NCBI GenBank assembly: GCA_004292985.1 | Contig: RDXT01000797.1 | Location: forward strand, 1-32,536 | DNA length: 32,536 nt | Origin: Bacteroidota bacterium | GTDB taxonomy: Bacteria > Bacteroidota > Bacteroidia > J057 | Reading direction: 5' to 3' | Shown: positions 28,313 through 32,536 of the stretch, piece by piece | How positions within the stretch are numbered: position 1 is the first letter of the stretch | How the letters are laid out: each line of letters starts with the position of its first letter | The notes under the pieces: generated by a model | What the model was told of the DNA's origin: nothing | Seen by the model: the letters and a program-made list of their open reading frames with translations, nothing else | Database searches by the model: none | Position numbers and translations under genes: made by a program

Positions 28313-28549
28313 AGATTGGGGGTTCTGTTTGTGAGATGATGGGCAATTTACAGAAATTCTATAAACAGGCATTAAAAATTCAAAAAATAATAATGGCTGA
28401 ATTGAAAGACAATACGCCTCCGGTCATCCTAAGGGCCTGATTTACAGAAATTTAAAAAAATGGCCTGTTTTTTAGCGTAATATTTACACAAACCGAATAT
28501 TTTCCGGCCTGCTTCCAATCATTCCTATTTCCATATTGTTAATGCTTCT

Positions 28550-28596
28550 CTGAAAAGTGAAAGAGTCAAAGCCCCGCAGGTCTCTGACTCTTTCAC
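28550..28596 (-). terminator. rho-independent terminator downstream of susD
   Basis: The minus strand reads GTGAAAGAGTCA-N16-TGACTCTTTCAC (12-bp stem) followed by TTTTCAG, 23 nt after the susD stop. Confidence 0.65.
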
Positions 28597-28618
28597 ACAG
28601 GTGTATTTTGCCGGAAGT

Positions 28619-30097
28619 TTAATAGCCCGGATTCTGGATCAGGGCATCGTTGCTGAGGTCAATTTCTGACTGAGGCAGGGGCAAAAGTTCATGTTTACCG
28701 CTGACAAATGTTTTGCCTACGCCTTGCAGCACCGCAGCCGCACGTCCCTGCCGGGCAAGGTCAAACCACCTCCCCTGCTCCATCGCAAGTTCTACCCGGC
28801 GCTCATGCCAGATTTTGTCGCGGAGCTGGGCGGGATCGGTGGTGGTAACGTCGGGCAGGATGTTGGTAAGGCCGTTGCGGGCGCGGAAACGCACCTGGTT
28901 CAGGTAGCCCAGCGCCTGGCTTACCTCTCCGGTCTGGCTCAGGGCTTCGGCAGCGATGAGCAGAATATCTGCATAACGCAGGATCCGGATGTTACCCGCG
29001 CCATTGCCGTTGCCGCCTGTTACGGCGGGAGTCCAGGCCTTCTGGTTGTATCGCTCATTAAAAATGTCGGGATTGTCCTCCACAAAGGCAGAGCCATCGG
29101 GCAGCAACTCGCCGACATACAGGATGGTCGCATCGCGGCGGGGGTCGCGGAACTCATACTCCGTAATCAGGTTATCGGAAGGGCGGTTGAAGCCCCAGCC
29201 CAGGTTGGGCACACCACGCACGCCCTGCACTTCGTTGTACTGGCTGCCTGCGCCGCCGGTTTCGAGGGCCGTAGCCTGCACCTCAAACAGAGACTCGGAG
29301 GAATTTTCGCCTGCGCGGGTGAAAATGTCGGCATAGGAAGGATAGAGGCTATATTCACCCGACTGAATAACATCGACGGCAGCCGACGCTGCCTTCGGAT
29401 AGTCGCCGAGGCTCAGGTACACGCGGGCGAGCATGCCCTGTGCGGCACCCTGGGTAGCGCGGCCCAGGTCTTCGCTGCTGTACCCTGATTTTTTAGGCAG
29501 GGCCGCTGAGGCATCTTCAAAGTCTTTGATGATCTGGGCATAGACCTCTGACGAGGGGGTGCGGGGCTGCTCATATTCATCGGGGGCCAGATCCGCAGTG
29601 ATGAGCGGTACGTCGCCGAACCAGCGCACCAGGTTGAAGTAAAAGTAGCCCCGGAGAAATTTGCATTCACCGATCAGCCGCGCTTTGAGGTCCGGGTCCA
29701 TATCTATCTCCGGTATGCGCTCGATGGCAATATTGGCGCGGTGGATGCCCCGGTAGTAGCCGGTCCAGACGGTGCTGAAGGCCACATTGCCGGGATCAAA
29801 GGTGAAGTTGTCAATTTCGCTGAGAAAATTGGCATCGGTAGGCGTGCTGCCTTTGTCGGCATCGTCGGAGATAATGTCGGTGAGGCCCACATAGCTGAAC
29901 ACATGCACCTCCCAGCTTCTCAGGTGTTCATAGACCGCGTTGGTGGCCCAGACAGCATGTTCTTCCGTCTGAAAAAAAGTTTCGGAGGAAAGAACTCCGA
30001 GGGGTTCCTTGTCGAGAAAGCGGTCGCTACAGCCCGCCAGCAGCAGGGCCGACAGGGCAGAGGCTTTCACAAAGGGGGTTATTCGTATAGATTTCAT
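28619..30097 (-). CDS. susD: RagB/SusD family nutrient-uptake outer membrane lipoprotein
   Basis: The ORF-track start at 30112 is TTG. ATG 30097 gives MKSIRITPFVKASALSALLLAGCSD, a lipoprotein signal with a Cys lipobox. It has SusD-like TPR helices and the C-terminal ERRVELAMEQGRWFDL... motif. It lies immediately downstream of susC. Confidence 0.9.
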   Translation of the reverse strand: MKSIRITPFVKASALSALLLAGCSDRFLDKEPLGVLSSETFFQTEEHAVWATNAVYEHLRSWEVHVFSYVGLTDIISDDADKGSTPTDANFLSEIDNFTFDPGNVAFSTVWTGYYRGIHRANIAIERIPEIDMDPDLKARLIGECKFLRGYFYFNLVRWFGDVPLITADLAPDEYEQPRTPSSEVYAQIIKDFEDASAALPKKSGYSSEDLGRATQGAAQGMLARVYLSLGDYPKAASAAVDVIQSGEYSLYPSYADIFTRAGENSSESLFEVQATALETGGAGSQYNEVQGVRGVPNLGWGFNRPSDNLITEYEFRDPRRDATILYVGELLPDGSAFVEDNPDIFNERYNQKAWTPAVTGGNGNGAGNIRILRYADILLIAAEALSQTGEVSQALGYLNQVRFRARNGLTNILPDVTTTDPAQLRDKIWHERRVELAMEQGRWFDLARQGRAAAVLQGVGKTFVSGKHELLPLPQSEIDLSNDALIQNPGY

Positions 30098-30108
30098 AGG
30101 TTTTTCAC

Positions 30109-32536
30109 TCAAAATCCAAGATCGAGTCCGAGAAAATAGGTTTTGGCTACCGGATAAACGCCCCGGTCTATGCCGACACTGAGCACGGAGTTGCTGGTGA
30201 TTTCGGGGGTATAGCCGCTGTAGTCTGTTTTTGTGAACAGGTTGTTGGCGGCGGCATATACGCGCAGTTTACTGATCCGGGCAGGAGCGAGCAGGGCCTC
30301 CGGAAAGGAATAGCCGAGGGTAAGGCTCCGCACGCGGAAGTAAGCGCCGTCTTCGAGAAAACGCTCCGACACTTCGTAGTTGTGGCCACCGTTGGTAACG
30401 CGGGGTTCGGTAGTGCTGGTTCCTTCGCCATTCCAGCGGTCGAGAAAGGAGGTTTCGAAGTTGTAGGTACCGAAACGGGCGATTTTTTTGGCGTTAATGA
30501 TCTGGTTGCCCCGCACGCCATTGAAGTCGGCAGCGATATCGATCCCGGCATAAGCGGCACTCAGACTGGCACCATAAATCAGCGTCGGAATGGGACTGCC
30601 CAGATAGGTGCGGTCAGCCGTGGTAATCACGCCATCGCCATTGGTATCGGCAAATCGCAGATCGCCTGCCACCTCGCTCCCACGGGTAGGATATTGCTCC
30701 AGGTCGGCAGCATTCTGAAAAATCCCTTCGACTTTATAGCCAAAGAAAGAGCCAATGGGTAATCCGACAACGGTACGGGTACCCAGTTTGCCCCCTTCGC
30801 CAATATCTCCCCCGAAAATATCTTCATTTCCTTCGCCCAGGCTCAGCACCTCATTGTGCACGGTCGAGGCATTGGCAGAGAGGGAGTAGCTGAATTTTCC
30901 ACGGGTTTCGCGCCAGCTCAGGGCCATATCTATGCCTTCATTGAGCACTTCGGCGGCATTCACCACCGGGCGGTTGGCCGAGCCTACATAGCCCGGAATG
31001 GGCAGATCTACCAGAATCCCCTCGGTGACGCGGCGGTAATAGTCGGTTTCGATGCTGAGGCGGTTGTCGAGCAGCCCGATTTCGAGGCCGATGTCGGTTT
31101 GTGTAGTCGCTTCCCAGCGGATGTTGGGATTGGCGAGGGTAATAACCGATGCGCCAAAATTGAGGACTTCGCTGGGGCCAAATACACTGTTGAGGTTGGG
31201 GGTAACGGTCGGACGGCCCGCGTATGCACCGATTTTTTCATTGCCGATGATCCCCCAGCTTGCCCGGAGTTTCAGGCGGTCGAAGAGCTGCTGACCCTGC
31301 ATAAAGGACTCCTGCGCAATGTTCCAGCCCAGCGCGAAGGATGGGAAGTAGCCAAAGCGGTTATTTTTGCCAAATTTCGACGAGCCATCCCGGCGGAAGG
31401 AGGCCGTAAGCAGGTAACGGTCAAGCAGACTGTAGTTGACACGGAAAAGATACGAAAACATGCTCCAGGATTCGGAGGCATTGTAGTTGGTCTGGGCGGT
31501 TACTTCGCCTGCATTGAGGTAGTAAAATACAGGCGTGGCCCCCGGAAAGCCTGTGCGGGAACCGCCGAGGTTTTCAAAGGTATTTTCCTGGGCCGTGGCC
31601 CCTGCAAGGATATTTATCCGCTGTTTTTCCCAGGCACGGTCGTAGGTTAAGGTATTCTCCCAGAGCCAGTTAAGGTTGCGGTCGTGATTTACGCTCAGGC
31701 GGTCGGCATCATTTCGCTGAAGGTCGGACACAAAGAAAATCGGGACAAACTGCTTGCTGTCATTCATCGCCAGATCGAGGCCGAAGTTGGTTTTGAAGGT
31801 AAAGCCTTTCCAGAAGCTGAGGTCCACGAAAAAGTTGCCCGTAGCGCGGTAGCCGGTGCCTGCGTCATAGTTGTAAAAGAGCTGCGCCAGGGGATTTCCC
31901 ACAGAGGCCACGCGGGTGGTCTGACCGAAATTGCCCTGGGTATCGCGGGCGACCACAATGGGCGCAGCGCGGTAGGCATTGGCGACCACATCGCCGGGGG
32001 TGGAGTTGCCTTTGCGGTAGATCAGGGCAATGTTATGACCCGCGCGGATGGAGGGGCGAAGGGTGTACTGGTTATTCAGGCGAAGGGTAAAACGTTCAAA
32101 ATCAGACCCTTCGATGATACCATCCTGCCGGAACCAGCTCCCGCTGATGTTATATGTGCTGCGCGAAGACCCGCCCGAAGCCGACAACTGGTAGCTCTGG
32201 ATCGGTGCCGGGCTGAAGATTTCATCCTGCCAGTTAGTACCCACTCCATAGGAATCCGGATTGGGGTACAGGGGCTGGCGGCCTTCGTTCACTGCAATTT
32301 CATTGGCCAGGGTCGCAAATTCGCTTCCATTAACCATCGGAATTTCACGAAGCACATTCTGAACGCCGTAGTAGGTCGAAAAGTTGAAGGCTGTCTGCCC
32401 GTCGGTGGTGCCCTGGCGGGTGGTAATGATAATTACCCCATTGGCCCCGCGCGACCCGTAAATGGCTGTCGCTGAGGCATCTTTGAGCACTTCGACCGAG
32501 CTTACATCCTGCAGGCTGAGGAAGGAAATATCGGTC
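30109..32536 (-). CDS. susC: SusC/RagA family TonB-linked outer membrane protein, N-terminus outside the window
   Basis: The frame stays open to the window edge (...TDISFLSLQDVSSVEVLKDASATAIYGSRGANGVIIITTRQG is the plug-domain motif). A long beta-barrel ends in ...YFLGLDLGF with a terminal Phe. Its stop is 11 nt before the susD ATG. Confidence 0.92.
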   Translation of the reverse strand, partial: TDISFLSLQDVSSVEVLKDASATAIYGSRGANGVIIITTRQGTTDGQTAFNFSTYYGVQNVLREIPMVNGSEFATLANEIAVNEGRQPLYPNPDSYGVGTNWQDEIFSPAPIQSYQLSASGGSSRSTYNISGSWFRQDGIIEGSDFERFTLRLNNQYTLRPSIRAGHNIALIYRKGNSTPGDVVANAYRAAPIVVARDTQGNFGQTTRVASVGNPLAQLFYNYDAGTGYRATGNFFVDLSFWKGFTFKTNFGLDLAMNDSKQFVPIFFVSDLQRNDADRLSVNHDRNLNWLWENTLTYDRAWEKQRINILAGATAQENTFENLGGSRTGFPGATPVFYYLNAGEVTAQTNYNASESWSMFSYLFRVNYSLLDRYLLTASFRRDGSSKFGKNNRFGYFPSFALGWNIAQESFMQGQQLFDRLKLRASWGIIGNEKIGAYAGRPTVTPNLNSVFGPSEVLNFGASVITLANPNIRWEATTQTDIGLEIGLLDNRLSIETDYYRRVTEGILVDLPIPGYVGSANRPVVNAAEVLNEGIDMALSWRETRGKFSYSLSANASTVHNEVLSLGEGNEDIFGGDIGEGGKLGTRTVVGLPIGSFFGYKVEGIFQNAADLEQYPTRGSEVAGDLRFADTNGDGVITTADRTYLGSPIPTLIYGASLSAAYAGIDIAADFNGVRGNQIINAKKIARFGTYNFETSFLDRWNGEGTSTTEPRVTNGGHNYEVSERFLEDGAYFRVRSLTLGYSFPEALLAPARISKLRVYAAANNLFTKTDYSGYTPEITSNSVLSVGIDRGVYPVAKTYFLGLDLGF

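Noticed and set aside
27076-28618. An integrative element inserted at the 3' end of the tRNA-like gene.
   Set aside because: I found no integrase or recombinase gene, no direct repeat of the tRNA-like 3' end downstream, and no compositional shift in the adjacent hypothetical gene.
1-32536. CRISPR arrays, IS elements or transposases, prophage genes, toxin-antitoxin pairs and known defence systems.
   Set aside because: I found no spaced direct-repeat arrays, no terminal inverted repeats flanking an ORF, and no nuclease, ATPase, methylase or integrase signatures in any ORF. The window is dominated by core translation and transcription genes.

Overview
The window looks like a Bacteroidota chromosome segment with a mid-50s % GC background. 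The evidence is a SusC/SusD pair, a T9SS C-terminal sorting domain, TTG...TAnnTTTG promoters, and the phylum-typical block tRNA-Thr/Tyr/Gly/Thr-tuf-tRNA-Trp-secE-nusG-rplKAJL-rpoBC.

Nt 1-5571 (+ strand) hold accessory and housekeeping genes: a partial acyltransferase-3, a DsbA-like protein, a TIM-barrel isomerase, a secreted vWA protein, a T9SS-CTD protein and a HAD phosphatase. From 5608 to the right edge every protein and canonical tRNA gene is on the minus strand:
- ada-like gene, UDG-family gene, tatC, glyA, pyrR-like gene, SDR
- rpoC, rpoB, rplL/J/A/K, nusG, secE, tRNA-Trp, tuf, four tRNAs
- rplS, DUF4174 gene, trmD, Lrp/AsnC, a hypothetical gene, susD, susC (partial)

Most of this is ordinary core genome. 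I found no CRISPR array, transposase, integrase or recognisable defence system.

The most unusual element is a plus-strand, promoter- and terminator-bounded RNA gene at about 26897-27130. It folds as a type-II (Leu/Ser-like) tRNA but has a non-decoding anticodon loop, a 45-nt variable arm and an encoded CCA. It is divergent from the Lrp/AsnC regulator and convergent with an uncharacterised 386-aa protein.

The second notable item is a low-GC island of about 1.2 kb carrying an Ada/Ogt fusion gene next to a native UDG gene, apparently truncating a native ORF.

All functional calls rest on motif recognition by eye. No database search was run.
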